NCBI GenBank assembly: GCA_036507075.1
Contig: DASXQR010000225.1
Coordinates: 1 to 59,497 of the forward strand
From: Acidobacteriota bacterium
GTDB lineage: Bacteria > Acidobacteriota > UBA6911 > JACQSX01
Direction: 5' to 3'
DNA: 59,497 nucleotides
Shown: positions 41,955 through 52,883 of the stretch, in pieces
How the letters are laid out: each line of letters begins with the position of its first letter
How positions within the stretch are numbered: position 1 is the first letter of the stretch
Position numbers and translations under genes: made by a program
The notes under the pieces: generated by a model
Told to the model about the DNA's origin: nothing
Seen by the model: the letters and a program-made list of their open reading frames with translations, nothing else
Databases searched by the model: none

Positions 41955-42859
41955 TGCGCCGCGGCCCTGGGAAGTTGAATTGTGAAAGTGCTTCCTTCGC
42001 CTTCTCCGGCACTCGATGCAAATACGCGGCCGCCGTGTTTCTCCACTACGGATCGCACGATGAACAGTCCCAGGCCCGTGCCTTTGACGCGCATTAAGAC
42101 GCGCCGCGGAGCGCGGTAGAAGCGCTTGAAGATGTGCTTTATTTCCTTGGATGGAATACCGATGCCGTGATCGCGCACTATGACGGTTGCCCAGCGCGGG
42201 TCGGGCGTTTCCACTTCGACCTCGACGGCCACTTCCTTGTCCGAATACTTGACGGCATTGTCGAGCAGATTGGAAACGGCGGCCCTCAGTTCATCGGGGT
42301 CCCCTTCGATCACCGGCCGGTCCACTCCGTTAAAGGATTCGCGAAAACGAATCGCGTCGGCAGAGAGATGGAAGCGAGTACGCGCCAGGTCAACGCACTC
42401 GCCCACTGTTTTGCCCAGATCCATGGTGCTTCGATGCAGCGGGCGGCGCCGGTCCCCGGTCACTCCCGCGCGCAACACCTGCTCGACGGTCTGCAGCAGG
42501 CGGTCGCTGTCGGCCAGCATGATGTCGTAAAACTCGCGCCTTTGAGAGTCGCTCACTTCGCGCGTCTTCAGTGTTTCCAGGTAAAGACGGATGGACGCAA
42601 TCGGGGTTTTGAGTTCGTGCGTAACGGCGTTGATAAAACCCTGGTGCCGCTCGCTCTGCCGGATTTCGCGCACCAGAAAGATGGTATTGAGGATCAGGCC
42701 CACAATGATCGGGGGGAAGAAAATCAGCCCCAGTATGAGAAGGGTCACTTCCCGCCAGTTCAGCAGAATCCAGCCGACGTTCAGGGCGACGGCCAGCGCG
42801 ACCAGACACGCGCCGAACGTGACAAAAAAAATGATAGACCCGCGGCGGCTGATGCGCAT
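41951..42859 (-). CDS. Sensor histidine kinase with two adjacent TM helices and no periplasmic domain
   Basis: THELKTP H-box, NLLDNAVKY, DHGIGI, GTGLGL. Confidence 0.93.
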   Translation of the reverse strand: MRISRRGSIIFFVTFGACLVALAVALNVGWILLNWREVTLLILGLIFFPPIIVGLILNTIFLVREIRQSERHQGFINAVTHELKTPIASIRLYLETLKTREVSDSQRREFYDIMLADSDRLLQTVEQVLRAGVTGDRRRPLHRSTMDLGKTVGECVDLARTRFHLSADAIRFRESFNGVDRPVIEGDPDELRAAVSNLLDNAVKYSDKEVAVEVEVETPDPRWATVIVRDHGIGIPSKEIKHIFKRFYRAPRRVLMRVKGTGLGLFIVRSVVEKHGGRVFASSAGEGEGSTFTIQLPRAAAQ

Positions 42860-42930
42860 GGGTCTATTTCACCACAAAGGCACAAAGGGCACAAAGCGAG
42901 ACGAGGGGCGGGCAGGGTAGGGCCGGCGTA

Positions 42931-43023
42931 GCGGAGAGACGTCCTGAGGGACGTCTCAGGGAATGTCGTGGGATTGGTCTGCCATCGACTTCGCCTGAGA
43001 CTGCCCTCGGGCCGTCTCTCCAC
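42931..43023. repeat. Inverted REP pair (REPIN-like)
   Basis: GCGGAGAGACGTCCTGAGGGACGTCTCAGG 42931-42960 and an inverted near-copy at 42994-43023. Confidence 0.7.
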
Positions 43024-43040
43024 TCTCAAAAATATCCGTA

Positions 43041-43919
43041 CTAGGCGGCGTTCTGCGCTCTCTCGTCCAAAGCTGCGCTCCCCGCGTCGGGAAGGGCGTG
43101 AACGGTGACCAACTTTACCGATGTGGCAAGCCGCAGCAATTGCAGCACCCGGATTCCCAGCCAGTTCATGTCGAATTCGTACCAGGCCAGTCCATGCCGG
43201 GCGGCGCTCGGATGCGCGTGATGGTTGTTGTGCCACCCTTCCCCGAAAGTCAGCAGCGCCACCCACCAGTTATTGCGGGAATCGTCCCGGGTGTGAAAGC
43301 GTCTCCTGCCCCACATATGCGTGGCCGAGTTGACCAGCCAGGTCGCATGCAGACCCACGGTTACGCGAAGAAACACACCCCAGAGCACCATCTGGAATCC
43401 GCCAAGGGCCAGAACGACAAGGCCGCAGATGATCAGAGGCACAAAGTAAAATCGATTGATGAGGACATGAACGGGATCCTCGACGAGTTCAGGCGCATAA
43501 CGGGCGAGCACTCTGGAATCGTATTGAAGAGCTGTTCCCCGAAGCAGCCATCCGACGTGCGCCCACCAGCTTCCCTCGCGGGGAGTGTGCGGATCGCCGT
43601 CGCGATCCGAATGAGCGTGATGGATTCGATGCGTGGCAACCCAGTTGATCGGTCCTCCCTCCAGCGCGGTCGTTCCGCACAGGGTGAGAAAGTACTCCAG
43701 CGGTTTAGGAACTTTGTAGCCGCGGTGAGTGAGGAGTCTATGGTAACCCATCCCGATGCCCAGGCTTCCTGACACCCAATTGAGAAAAATCGCGAGCGCG
43801 AGCCCGCGCCAGCTCCAGTAGTACAGAGCTGCCAGGCCGCCGATGTGAAAGATAATGAGAGTAATACTGGTAACCCAGTTGATGCCTGTTTTGCGAGTCG
43901 GGACGACTGTCGTCTGCAC
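43041..43919 (-). CDS. Delta-9-type fatty acid desaturase
   Basis: His boxes HRLLTH, HRIHH, HNNHH and GEGW. Confidence 0.95.
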   Translation of the reverse strand: MQTTVVPTRKTGINWVTSITLIIFHIGGLAALYYWSWRGLALAIFLNWVSGSLGIGMGYHRLLTHRGYKVPKPLEYFLTLCGTTALEGGPINWVATHRIHHAHSDRDGDPHTPREGSWWAHVGWLLRGTALQYDSRVLARYAPELVEDPVHVLINRFYFVPLIICGLVVLALGGFQMVLWGVFLRVTVGLHATWLVNSATHMWGRRRFHTRDDSRNNWWVALLTFGEGWHNNHHAHPSAARHGLAWYEFDMNWLGIRVLQLLRLATSVKLVTVHALPDAGSAALDERAQNAA

Positions 43920-44000
43920 GCGATGTTACTCCTCTTGAGCTGTTGATATCTGTTCTGATGGCCCCTCACAAATATCGTAGCCAAAGCCGAGCTCATCTTT

Positions 44001-44017
44001 TGTAATACTTGTGTAAT
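44001..44017 (-). promoter_or_regulatory. Direct repeat TGTAAT-N5-TGTAAT (11-bp period); candidate OmpR-family box upstream of the desaturase
   Basis: About 21 bp upstream of a TACGAT -10-like hexamer (43974-43979, minus strand). Confidence 0.45.
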
Positions 44018-44393
44018 CATCGGATGAACCTGAGGTGCTGTGGTCACGGCGTCAGTGTTATGGCTTTTGTTGTCAATTAAATGTCGCATCATTGCGTGGA
44101 TGAATGCGACACTGAGGCCGGAAAGATCCCTTCCTCGCCCTTGATCTGACTAATTTTGTCGACTGATTTTCTCGCTTGCACCGCAAATTGTCGGTTCAAA
44201 AGTGAACAATGAGCTAAAGGCGATTTACCGGCGCGACAACAACCAAGCCGTTGAACTACCCCGCAGACCGTGGTTCAATACGCTACCGGATGAGGGGGAC
44301 AGACCCCAGTTGCAGGGGTAATTGCGCCCAGACACATTGATCTGGTTGCCTGTAACAGCAGAATCGAGTAGTACCGCGACTGCGAAGCGCCCG

Positions 44394-44574
44394 CACCGGG
44401 CTTGCCCCGGTGTAGCGCAGGATTCTTCACTACGCGGGCCTTTGACGCGGATTTCCGCCGTGCTGCACCTGCGCCGCCGTAAAGCGGCGCAGGTGCAGCA
44501 CGACGAAAAAGGGGAGGATCAGTGGGTCTGGTCGTAGTGAAGAATCTTAGCCACCACCGGCACAAGGCCGGTGG
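44394..44574. repeat. Nested palindromic REP/MITE-like element
   Basis: Terminal CACCGG..CCGGTG hairpins, 14-bp inverted repeat (44421-44434/44533-44546), central perfect 19-bp stem (44459-44502). Confidence 0.75.
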
Positions 44575-44627
44575 AGGGCTGAGCTTGGATGCATCACTAT
44601 CGTTTCTTCTGTTACAGTCCACGAGTA

Positions 44628-46985
44628 ATGAAAATAAATATCACCAGGTTTGTCCCCGCGCTGATCACACTCTTGCTGGCGACCGCCGCCGCTTTCTTGT
44701 ACGCGCAGTATTCCGACCCCGGCAGGAAGAATCCGCTGGCGGGAAATCCTGCCGCTACAGCGGCCGGCAGGGCCCTGTTTGCCACCATGTGCCAGTCCTG
44801 TCATGGCAACAGGGGGGGCGGGGGCCGGGCGCCCGCAATCCGCAGCGGAAATTTCAAGCGCGGCAGCAGCGACGCCCAGCTTTTTGACAGCATTAAAAAT
44901 GGAATACCCCGGACGGAAATGCCCGCCTCCGGTCTGACGACGCAACAGATCTGGCAAATCGTGAACTACATCCGGCTGATCACCGGAGCCACCGAAGAGC
45001 GGGTGCCGGGAGATCCCAAGGCCGGCCGCGCAGTCTTCGAGGGGAAGGGAGAGTGCCTGAAATGCCATCAGGTCAACGGCCGCGGAAGCCGGGTGGGCCC
45101 CGATCTTTCCATGATCGGCTCATGGGGAGCCGCCGATCTGAAGAAAGCAATCCTGAAGCCGGGAAGCCGCGAGGGTTTCCGGTCTGATTTCGTGGAAGTA
45201 ACAACTCGCGACGGCCGTTCGCTCCGAGGAATGGCAAGAAACGAAGATACCTTTTCACTGCAGATGATGGATCTGGACGAAAATCTTCTGGTATTTCGAA
45301 AAGCGGATCTGGCGGAATTGAAGCACATCGAAAAGTCATGGATGCCGGACGATTACGCCTCCCGCCTCTCTTCGTCTGAACTCCAGAACGTGATTGCCTA
45401 CATGAAGACTCTCAAATCGCGCGACCTTTCGCAGACCACCTTGACGGAAACCGGCACAGGACTGGACTACGATCGGATAAAACAGGCCGGGCGCGAACCG
45501 CACAACTGGCTGACCTACTGGGGCGACTACAGCGGGCGCCATTTCTCGAGTCTGAAAGAGATTACGCCGGACAACGTGGGGACCCTGCAATTGCGATGGA
45601 CCCACCAGCCCGGCCCCGGGCTGCTGGAAGCAATGCCGCTGGTCGTGGACGGAATCATGTACACGACCGGAACTGCCGGCCGCGTCTTCGCTCTGGACGC
45701 TGAAAACGGGCAGCAGATCTGGGAATACAAACACAAGCCGGCCAACAGCAAGCATGACTTGACAGGAAAACAGAACCGGGGCGTCACCATGATGGGAGGA
45801 CGCTTGTTTACCACCACTGGCGACGCCTACATCATCGCGCTGGACGCCCGCACAGGACAGCTTCTGTGGCAGACGAAAATGGCCGAACACGATCACGGTT
45901 ACTACGCCACCATGACGCCGCTCGCAATCAGAGACAAGGTGATTGCAGGCATATCGGGCGGTGAAGAGGGGGCGCGCGGGTTTATCGATGCCTACGATCC
46001 GGCAACGGGAAAGCGGCTATGGCGCTTCTATACCATCCCCGGTCCGGGAGAGTTCGGACGCGAAACCTGGCAGGGAGAGAGCTGGAAGCAGGGCGGCGGT
46101 CCAACCTGGATGACCGGCACCTACGATCCGGATTCAGACACGCTCTACTGGGGCGTAGGCAATCCATCTCCTGATTTGAACGGCGATCTCCGGAAGGGAG
46201 ACAATCTGTTTACCTGTTCCATGCTGGCGCTGGATGCTTCAACCGGAAAGCGTAAATGGCATTTCCAGTTCACGCCTCACGACACGCGCGACTGGGATTC
46301 GAATGAAACACCGGTTTTAGTGGATCGAATGTTTAAAGGCAGGATGCGGAAGCTCCTTCTGCACACCGATCGAAACGCATTCTTTTACGTCCTGGACCGG
46401 GTCACGGGTGAATTCCTCCTGGGCAAACCGTTCGCGCGCCAAACCTGGGCCGAAGGACTGGACAAAATGGGACGCCCCATCCTGCGTCCCGACAGCGAAC
46501 CCACTCCGGAGGGAAAACTGATTTATCCGAACCTGGCAGGCGCCACCAACTGGCAGGCGCCTTCGTATGATCCCTCCAGCGGCTGGCTATACTTCACGTT
46601 CAGGGAGGCAGGGGAGATTTACGTGAAGCAGTTGCAGAAATACGAGCGGGGCAAATCGTACTGGGGAGGCAAATCCTTTCCTGGAGGCGACCGTGAATAC
46701 GGCGGCATCAAGGCGCTCGACCCTGAAACAGGGGAGAGCAAATGGGAATACCGATTCCACACCGGAAGCTACGGGGCGGGCTGTCTGGCAACCGCCGGCG
46801 GCGTTGTCTTTGCCGCCAGCCGCGAAGGAAATTTCATGGCGTTTGATTCGCGCACCGGCAAACTTTTGTGGCGCGTCCAGACAGGCGCCGACATCCACGC
46901 CTCGCCGATGAGCTACGCCGTGCACGGCAAACAATACGTGGCTCTCGCGGCGGGACAGGTACTGTTAAGCTTCGCCCTGCCATAG
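44628..46985 (+). CDS. PQQ-family beta-propeller dehydrogenase with two N-terminal cytochrome c domains
   Basis: Signal peptide, CQSCH and CLKCH, Trp-docking repeats, WGVGNP, TPHDTRDWD. Confidence 0.9.
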   Translation: MKINITRFVPALITLLLATAAAFLYAQYSDPGRKNPLAGNPAATAAGRALFATMCQSCHGNRGGGGRAPAIRSGNFKRGSSDAQLFDSIKNGIPRTEMPASGLTTQQIWQIVNYIRLITGATEERVPGDPKAGRAVFEGKGECLKCHQVNGRGSRVGPDLSMIGSWGAADLKKAILKPGSREGFRSDFVEVTTRDGRSLRGMARNEDTFSLQMMDLDENLLVFRKADLAELKHIEKSWMPDDYASRLSSSELQNVIAYMKTLKSRDLSQTTLTETGTGLDYDRIKQAGREPHNWLTYWGDYSGRHFSSLKEITPDNVGTLQLRWTHQPGPGLLEAMPLVVDGIMYTTGTAGRVFALDAENGQQIWEYKHKPANSKHDLTGKQNRGVTMMGGRLFTTTGDAYIIALDARTGQLLWQTKMAEHDHGYYATMTPLAIRDKVIAGISGGEEGARGFIDAYDPATGKRLWRFYTIPGPGEFGRETWQGESWKQGGGPTWMTGTYDPDSDTLYWGVGNPSPDLNGDLRKGDNLFTCSMLALDASTGKRKWHFQFTPHDTRDWDSNETPVLVDRMFKGRMRKLLLHTDRNAFFYVLDRVTGEFLLGKPFARQTWAEGLDKMGRPILRPDSEPTPEGKLIYPNLAGATNWQAPSYDPSSGWLYFTFREAGEIYVKQLQKYERGKSYWGGKSFPGGDREYGGIKALDPETGESKWEYRFHTGSYGAGCLATAGGVVFAASREGNFMAFDSRTGKLLWRVQTGADIHASPMSYAVHGKQYVALAAGQVLLSFALP

Positions 46986-47007
46986 ACTGTTCGCCCTGCC
47001 ATAGACC

Positions 47008-47272
47008 GTACCGCGATCCGTAAGGTCGCGGCGCGCTGCGACCTGCACTCCATGGTCCGTAACAATCCACCGCCAGAATCTGAACCGTGCGCGTAAGCAA
47101 GCGGACCCTCGATGTGAGAAATCTTCACCAACGTTTGAAGCAGAATTACGCGCAAAGCTCTGAAAGCGTGCAGACATGCCAAATCCGAGAGTCCGCTTGC
47201 TTACGCGCGCGGTTCAGATTCTGGCAATGGATCGTTACGCCCTCAAACCATGGACCTGACGGATCGCGGTAC
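47008..47272. repeat. Large palindromic REPIN/MITE-like element between convergent genes
   Basis: GTACCGCGATCCG / CGGATCGCGGTAC ends; inner inverted repeat CAGAATCTGAACCG.GCGCGTAAGCAAGCGGAC. Confidence 0.8.
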
Positions 47273-47299
47273 CGTGATCTGACGCGACCCGATGGATCC

Positions 47300-50200
47300 C
47301 TAGAAGCTCAGCTTCATCCCCAGCCGGAACATCCGCTCGTCGACGCTTTCCCGGCCAATATTGCCTCTGGTACTGCGGATTTCCGTATACCCGCCCAGGC
47401 TCCGGATACTGCCGTCTATATTCAACTGCAAATCTGACGTGTTCGTGCCCGGAGTTGCAAAGTGAGGCGTATTAGTGAAGTTGAACGCCTCGGCCCGGAA
47501 TTGGAGCTTCCATCGCTCGGTCAGGCGGAAGTCACGGAAAAGTCCAACATCCAGGTTCGTATAACGCGGCCCTCTGAGAGTGTTGAACCCGGCCGTTCCA
47601 AACCGCGCCTGTGTTACGGGGGCGAAAGCCAACGGATCGAAATAAGACTGACCCGGTCCGATGCCTCCCAGGATCTGCACCTTCGGCTTGACCTGATCAG
47701 CACGCTGGCTGTTGCCCGGAGCATCCAGTGAATTGCCGGACGAGCCGACGCTGAAGGGTATCCCTGACTGGATCTGGAAGATGGTGTTGAGCTGCCACCC
47801 GCCCAACACCGCGTCACCCAAAGCGCTGTCGCCCAGCCACCGTTTCCCTTTGCCGAAGGGTAACTCGAAAATCGACGATATCGCCAGGTTGTGCGGCCGA
47901 TCGATACCAAGCAGCGCGCGATTCAGATGATAATATTCAGGCAACTTGATCGACGGCTCACCATCGCTGTTTTCCGTACCGGAGATGCCGATGGTCTTTG
48001 ACCAGGTGTACGCTGCGTTTGTGCTGAAACCGTCGGCGAAGCGCCGCTCCACAGTGACCTGAAGTGAATCGTAGTGGTTGCTTCCCACTGGACCGACGAT
48101 GGCGGTGCGCGCTGATCGACCAAACTTCTGGTTGAAGGGCCGGCTGGCATTGCCCCCGCCCGGTTTCCCGACATTGAGATCAAGGAATCCGAGCTGGCGC
48201 ACCTCGCGCGTGGCCACATAGCCGGCCTGTCCAACGAATCCCCAACCAAGAGTTTTCTGCAGCGTCAGATTCCACGACTGAATGTACCCACGGTTGAATT
48301 TGTCAGCGAGTGTATTGACCCCCACTGTCCCGGGGATGTCAATAATCCCGTTCCCCACGCTGGGCGCGGTAATAGTCGGAATGCCATCCTTCAGCCGGCC
48401 CGCTGGCTGGAACGCGTTGGGCGCAGGAAAAGTGGCGGCAAGCAGCAGCGGATGATTGGTCCGCAGCGGGCGCGCCAGGTTGTAGGGATCATTTGTGATC
48501 CCATAACCCGCACGGACGACGAAATCGTTCGCGACGCGGTACGCAAATCCAAGCCGCGGGGCAAACATGTTTTTGTTCATATCAACGCCGCAGTCTTTGG
48601 GCACCGAACCGACGCCGCACACGAGCATTTTGTTGTTCACCAAATCGTAGCGCTCAACTCCGCGATCCTCGCGGGTGGGGATGTCGAAGATCTCCCAGCG
48701 CAGGCCGTATGACAGCGTCAGCTTTCGATTGACCTGCCACTGATCCCTCACATAAAGGCTGCGCGCCCAGGTGCGCGTTCGGTACACGTCCGGCACCTGA
48801 AGGATCCTGCCTGACGTGGTATGCAGGCCAAGGAGAAAAGTCGCAAAATTGTTGAAAGCGTTAGCCGAAGGGCCGCCGCGAATGGTTGTTGGACCGCCGC
48901 CAAAGCTGAACCCTCCCTGGGCGCCATGGCTGGCGCCGGGAAACTCCGGCTGCGTGTGGTTCAGATGCTGCTCGGAAAAATCCACCCCAAAGCGGATACT
49001 GTGCGGTCCACTGACCCAGTTGGCATTGGCCGTGTACTGCCATTGTGGATCGCGCCGGTAATAGGGCATGAAGTCATCCTGGACACCGATGTTGGTGTAT
49101 GAGCTGATCGCGAACCGCGGCCAGCCCCCTTCAAAGCGGCGCGGCCCATTCGTACCCGGGATTCCCAGCACGTCAAGACCTATCTTCTTGTCCAGGCAAC
49201 ATTGCTCGATATTGGTATTCTGAGTCGTCCAGCCGAAATTCCCGTCAACAATGAGCTTGGGGGTGAAGATGTAATTAGCGCCGATCGTCATACTGTAGGT
49301 GTTTCCCCATCCTTTACCTGAATTGCCGCCAAAGGTACTGACATTGGGGCCGCCTGCCTCACCAAAGATTTCCGGATTGAACATTGAGTAGTCCAGAACG
49401 CTGAACCGTCCGTTCATGTTGAACTTCTCATTTACGTTCCAGTTGATCTTGGTGTCGACGGTGTGCCGGTCAAAGAAAAACGACCTGCCGGCGAAATAAT
49501 TGTTGGTCGGATTTCCGAGAGGAGTTGCAACGTTGGGCAGCGGCACAAGCGAAATGATCTTGGCTGCAATCGGGTCAATCCTGTTTGACGGAATGATGTT
49601 GTCGGAGAATGGAGTACGATTGTTGCCATTCGTGTCACCGGTATTGGGATCATAAATGGGCCGGTTTGACTCCGAGAAATCGCCGCGCCGGGAAAGGACC
49701 GTAGGAACGGTGGCAAACCGCGAAGCAAATTCGTGGTCCATTGTCCCTTCGTAGCTGACAAAGTAGAAGAGCTTGTCCTTTTTGATCGGCCCTCCGAACG
49801 TGCCGCCAAACTGGTTATAGACGAGCTTCGGATTCTGCTGGCCCTGCGGCAAAAAGAAATTCTTCGCCTTCATCTTGTTGTCGGTGTGGTACTCGAAGGC
49901 CGAGCCATGCATTTCGTTAGTCCCGCTCTTGATCAGAACATTAACGGCCGCTCCGCCGGCCAGACCCTGCTCGGCGTCAAAGCTGTTGGTCACAATGTTG
50001 ACCGTGTCGATCGACTCGAGGGCCGGAATATAAGAGGTCATATGCGGCAGCCAGACGTTTGTTCCCGTCACGCCGTCAACGCGGATGTTGTTGGAGCTTT
50101 TGCTGGCTCCGTTGGCGTTAAATTGCATCGCCCGCGATGGATTGGACGGAATTGAATGCGCATTTTCGGGGAGGTTAATGCCGGGAAGCGTCCTCAGCAA

Positions 50201-50716
50201 ACCCTGATAGTTCCGTCCGGGTGCAAGGGGCAGGTCCTGAAGGACTTTTGTTGAAAACTCGCCTCGAACTTCGGCTCGATCCGTCTGCAGCGTGGCCGTC
50301 TGTGCCGACACGGTGACGCTCTCGGAGACCTCGCCGACTTCCAGCATCAGTTCGACGCGCGTGACGCTATTCAGCGTCACCACCACATCGGTCCGTTTGG
50401 CCTCCTTGAAGCCCGACAGGCTGACCTTCATCGTATAGGTCCCCGTCTGGACGGTGGGGAAACTGTAAACCCCCTCATCGTTGGTCAGTGTCTCGCGCGA
50501 GAGATTCGTATCCCTGCTGGTGATGGTGACGGTGGCTCCCGGAACGGCGGCCTGGCTCTGGTCGCGGACGTTTCCGACAATGGAGCCGTACAGCACCTGC
50601 GCCTGCACGACGTTGATTTGCGATTGGAAGACCATCAGGACAAGACAGGCGATTGCAAACCAGCCGCTCAAACGTCCCGGACCAGTGCCAGTGAATGGAA
50701 CAAACGCGTGTTTCAT
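47300..50716 (-). CDS. TonB-dependent receptor, Oar-like, with carboxypeptidase-regulatory-like N-domain
   Basis: [48 protein letters not shown]-terminal LGMKLSF. Confidence 0.93.
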   Translation of the reverse strand: MKHAFVPFTGTGPGRLSGWFAIACLVLMVFQSQINVVQAQVLYGSIVGNVRDQSQAAVPGATVTITSRDTNLSRETLTNDEGVYSFPTVQTGTYTMKVSLSGFKEAKRTDVVVTLNSVTRVELMLEVGEVSESVTVSAQTATLQTDRAEVRGEFSTKVLQDLPLAPGRNYQGLLRTLPGINLPENAHSIPSNPSRAMQFNANGASKSSNNIRVDGVTGTNVWLPHMTSYIPALESIDTVNIVTNSFDAEQGLAGGAAVNVLIKSGTNEMHGSAFEYHTDNKMKAKNFFLPQGQQNPKLVYNQFGGTFGGPIKKDKLFYFVSYEGTMDHEFASRFATVPTVLSRRGDFSESNRPIYDPNTGDTNGNNRTPFSDNIIPSNRIDPIAAKIISLVPLPNVATPLGNPTNNYFAGRSFFFDRHTVDTKINWNVNEKFNMNGRFSVLDYSMFNPEIFGEAGGPNVSTFGGNSGKGWGNTYSMTIGANYIFTPKLIVDGNFGWTTQNTNIEQCCLDKKIGLDVLGIPGTNGPRRFEGGWPRFAISSYTNIGVQDDFMPYYRRDPQWQYTANANWVSGPHSIRFGVDFSEQHLNHTQPEFPGASHGAQGGFSFGGGPTTIRGGPSANAFNNFATFLLGLHTTSGRILQVPDVYRTRTWARSLYVRDQWQVNRKLTLSYGLRWEIFDIPTREDRGVERYDLVNNKMLVCGVGSVPKDCGVDMNKNMFAPRLGFAYRVANDFVVRAGYGITNDPYNLARPLRTNHPLLLAATFPAPNAFQPAGRLKDGIPTITAPSVGNGIIDIPGTVGVNTLADKFNRGYIQSWNLTLQKTLGWGFVGQAGYVATREVRQLGFLDLNVGKPGGGNASRPFNQKFGRSARTAIVGPVGSNHYDSLQVTVERRFADGFSTNAAYTWSKTIGISGTENSDGEPSIKLPEYYHLNRALLGIDRPHNLAISSIFELPFGKGKRWLGDSALGDAVLGGWQLNTIFQIQSGIPFSVGSSGNSLDAPGNSQRADQVKPKVQILGGIGPGQSYFDPLAFAPVTQARFGTAGFNTLRGPRYTNLDVGLFRDFRLTERWKLQFRAEAFNFTNTPHFATPGTNTSDLQLNIDGSIRSLGGYTEIRSTRGNIGRESVDERMFRLGMKLSF

Positions 50717-51057
50717 TATTCCCCTCCCTATGTGGCGAAGATCGACAAAAGAAAGTCTGCTTCTCGGAAACAAACCAGCGGATCAATCGATTCGGATTGA
50801 TCGGCTCTACCCATTCAGCGCCCGCGCTTCACCCCTGCGCGCAGGAAAACGGTTGCCAATTTTTATACTCCTCCCCTTGTCCCGTTACAAATAAATTCGT
50901 CCAAGAGCGATGAATCCCGAAATCCAAAAACTTGAACCGCGAAGGCGCGAAGAACGCGCCCGCGGGAATCCGATAATCAGCCCTGCGGCCCGCAATCAAA
51001 TTCATTGTCAGACCGGATTCCAAGCTGCGAAAGGGCATTGATTGACGAAGTAATAGT

Positions 51058-51339
51058 AGGCCGCTTTCAGCGGCCTTCCCCGAAGGGTTCATAGCCCCGG
51101 CGTTGACGCCGGGGTGAGCATCCAATTCACATACCACTGAGGCCGCTTCAGCGGCCTTCTCCTCCCGGCTTTAGCCATCCAAAAAAATTCGCCAATCCAA
51201 ACCAGCAAACTCAAAACCGAGGCTGAAGCCGGTTGTGGAAGGCCGCTGAAGCGGCCTAAAGCCAATCGTGGATGTTCCTCCACCCCGGCGTAAAACGCCG
51301 GGGCTATTAGCCCTTCGGGAAAGCCCGCTCAAGCGGGCT
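51058..51339. repeat. ~280-bp multi-hairpin palindromic element (REP cluster/MITE)
   Basis: AGGCCGCTT(T)CAGCGGCCT and CCCCGGCGT...ACGCCGGGG hairpins in mirror arrangement. Confidence 0.8.
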
Positions 51340-51440
51340 CCTGCACCATGAAAGTGTGGTAGCTTGGTGGCTTGGTGGTAAAAAATTGAACCACCAAGCC
51401 ACCAAGCCAAGCTTTCTACCTGGGTGCCAAATTATCCTCC

Positions 51441-52883
51441 GTGAAGCCGAATTTTATGAGGGAAGCGAAATCGCTGGGAATTTCAAAGCGGTTTCTGATG
51501 GCCGCCGCGGTGTTGATTCTCTTGGGCGGATCCCTGGCGGCCGGCGCAGCCGTCACGCTGCCGCCGCTCAGACTTAGTGAATTTGCCCCAGCCCTGCACG
51601 ACCAGGTGCGCTCCTTTTATCAGGCGGCCAGGAAAAACCCGCCCGACGCGGCCGCCATCGGACGCCTGGGGATGATGTTTCACGCTTATCTCCGTTTTGA
51701 ATCGGCTGCAGCCTGCTACAGGATTGCGCGCTCACTTGAGCCGGTCGAGAAAAAGTGGACCTATTATCTGGGAACCGTCGCCGCCGAGTTGGGAAAGCAT
51801 GCTGAATCGGAAACTCTGATGGACGCTTTCCTCAGACAGCAACCCGACTACCTGCCGGCGTTGCTGCAGCGCGCCGAATCTCTGTTCAAACTGGGCCGTC
51901 TCGACCTGAGCGCGCAACTCTACCAGGCCGTGCTGCGCCTGCAGCCTGATTGTGCCGCGGCGCATTATGGTATCGGCCGCGTCTTTGCCGACCGCAACAA
52001 CCGAGTGGAGGCCATCTCCCATCTGCAAAGAGCGCTTGAAATCTTCCCCGGCTTTGGCGCCGCCCATTACGCTCTGGCGATGGCTTACCGCGATTCCCAG
52101 CAACCCGACCAGGCGCGCCGGCAACTTGCCCTTTACGAAAAATCCCGCCCGTTTTTGCCACACGTCCCCGACACGCTGCTGGATGCCGTAGAACAATTGA
52201 ACGAAGGGGCCGAGCACCACATCAAGAAAGGGGTCGGTCTTCAATCCGCCGGCCTGCTCGCCGATGCGGCCGTGGAACATGAAAAGGCACTGCAGATCGA
52301 TCCGAAATCGACTCAGGCCCGCGTCAATCTGATCACAATCTACGGGAAGTTGGGAGAAGTGGAAAAAGCAGAGCGGCAGTATCGCGCCCTGGTAGAGATC
52401 CAGCCCAACGTGGCGGAAGGCCACTATAATTTCGGCGTGTTGATGGCAAGCCGCGAAAGATTCCAGGAGGCCGCCGAGGCGTTTCGCAAGACCCTGGAAG
52501 TCAATCCGTCGCACGCCGAGGCGCGCAACAACTATGCCTTCCTGTTGATGACGGAAGGCAATCTGCAGGAAGCCGAACAGCAGTACCGGGCCGCCCTGGA
52601 AAGCAAACCCGGACACAGACTGGCGCATTTCAATCTGGGGAGAATCCTGGTGGCGCGGGAAAGAGTGCCGGAAGCGATCGAGCATTTTCTGCAGACGCTT
52701 GAACCCGACGACGACGACACGCCGCGCTATATGTACGCGCTGGGTGCCGCGTACGCGCGCCTGGGAGATCGGGAAAAAGCGCTTCACTACATTCGCGGCG
52801 CCAGGACCCGTGCTGTGGCATGGGGGCAGCAGGAACTTCTCTCCAGCATCGAACGCGACCTGCGGGTGCTGGAGGCGCCATGA
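51441..52883 (+). CDS. Tetratricopeptide-repeat protein
   Basis: Multiple TPR consensus helices (AHYGIG, GHYNFG, AHFNLG) and a signal-like region. Confidence 0.9.
   Translation: MKPNFMREAKSLGISKRFLMAAAVLILLGGSLAAGAAVTLPPLRLSEFAPALHDQVRSFYQAARKNPPDAAAIGRLGMMFHAYLRFESAAACYRIARSLEPVEKKWTYYLGTVAAELGKHAESETLMDAFLRQQPDYLPALLQRAESLFKLGRLDLSAQLYQAVLRLQPDCAAAHYGIGRVFADRNNRVEAISHLQRALEIFPGFGAAHYALAMAYRDSQQPDQARRQLALYEKSRPFLPHVPDTLLDAVEQLNEGAEHHIKKGVGLQSAGLLADAAVEHEKALQIDPKSTQARVNLITIYGKLGEVEKAERQYRALVEIQPNVAEGHYNFGVLMASRERFQEAAEAFRKTLEVNPSHAEARNNYAFLLMTEGNLQEAEQQYRAALESKPGHRLAHFNLGRILVARERVPEAIEHFLQTLEPDDDDTPRYMYALGAAYARLGDREKALHYIRGARTRAVAWGQQELLSSIERDLRVLEAP

Noticed and set aside
50840..50860. Sigma-54 promoter for the TonB receptor (TGGCAAC...)
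   Set aside because: The -12 position reads TTCC instead of TTGC
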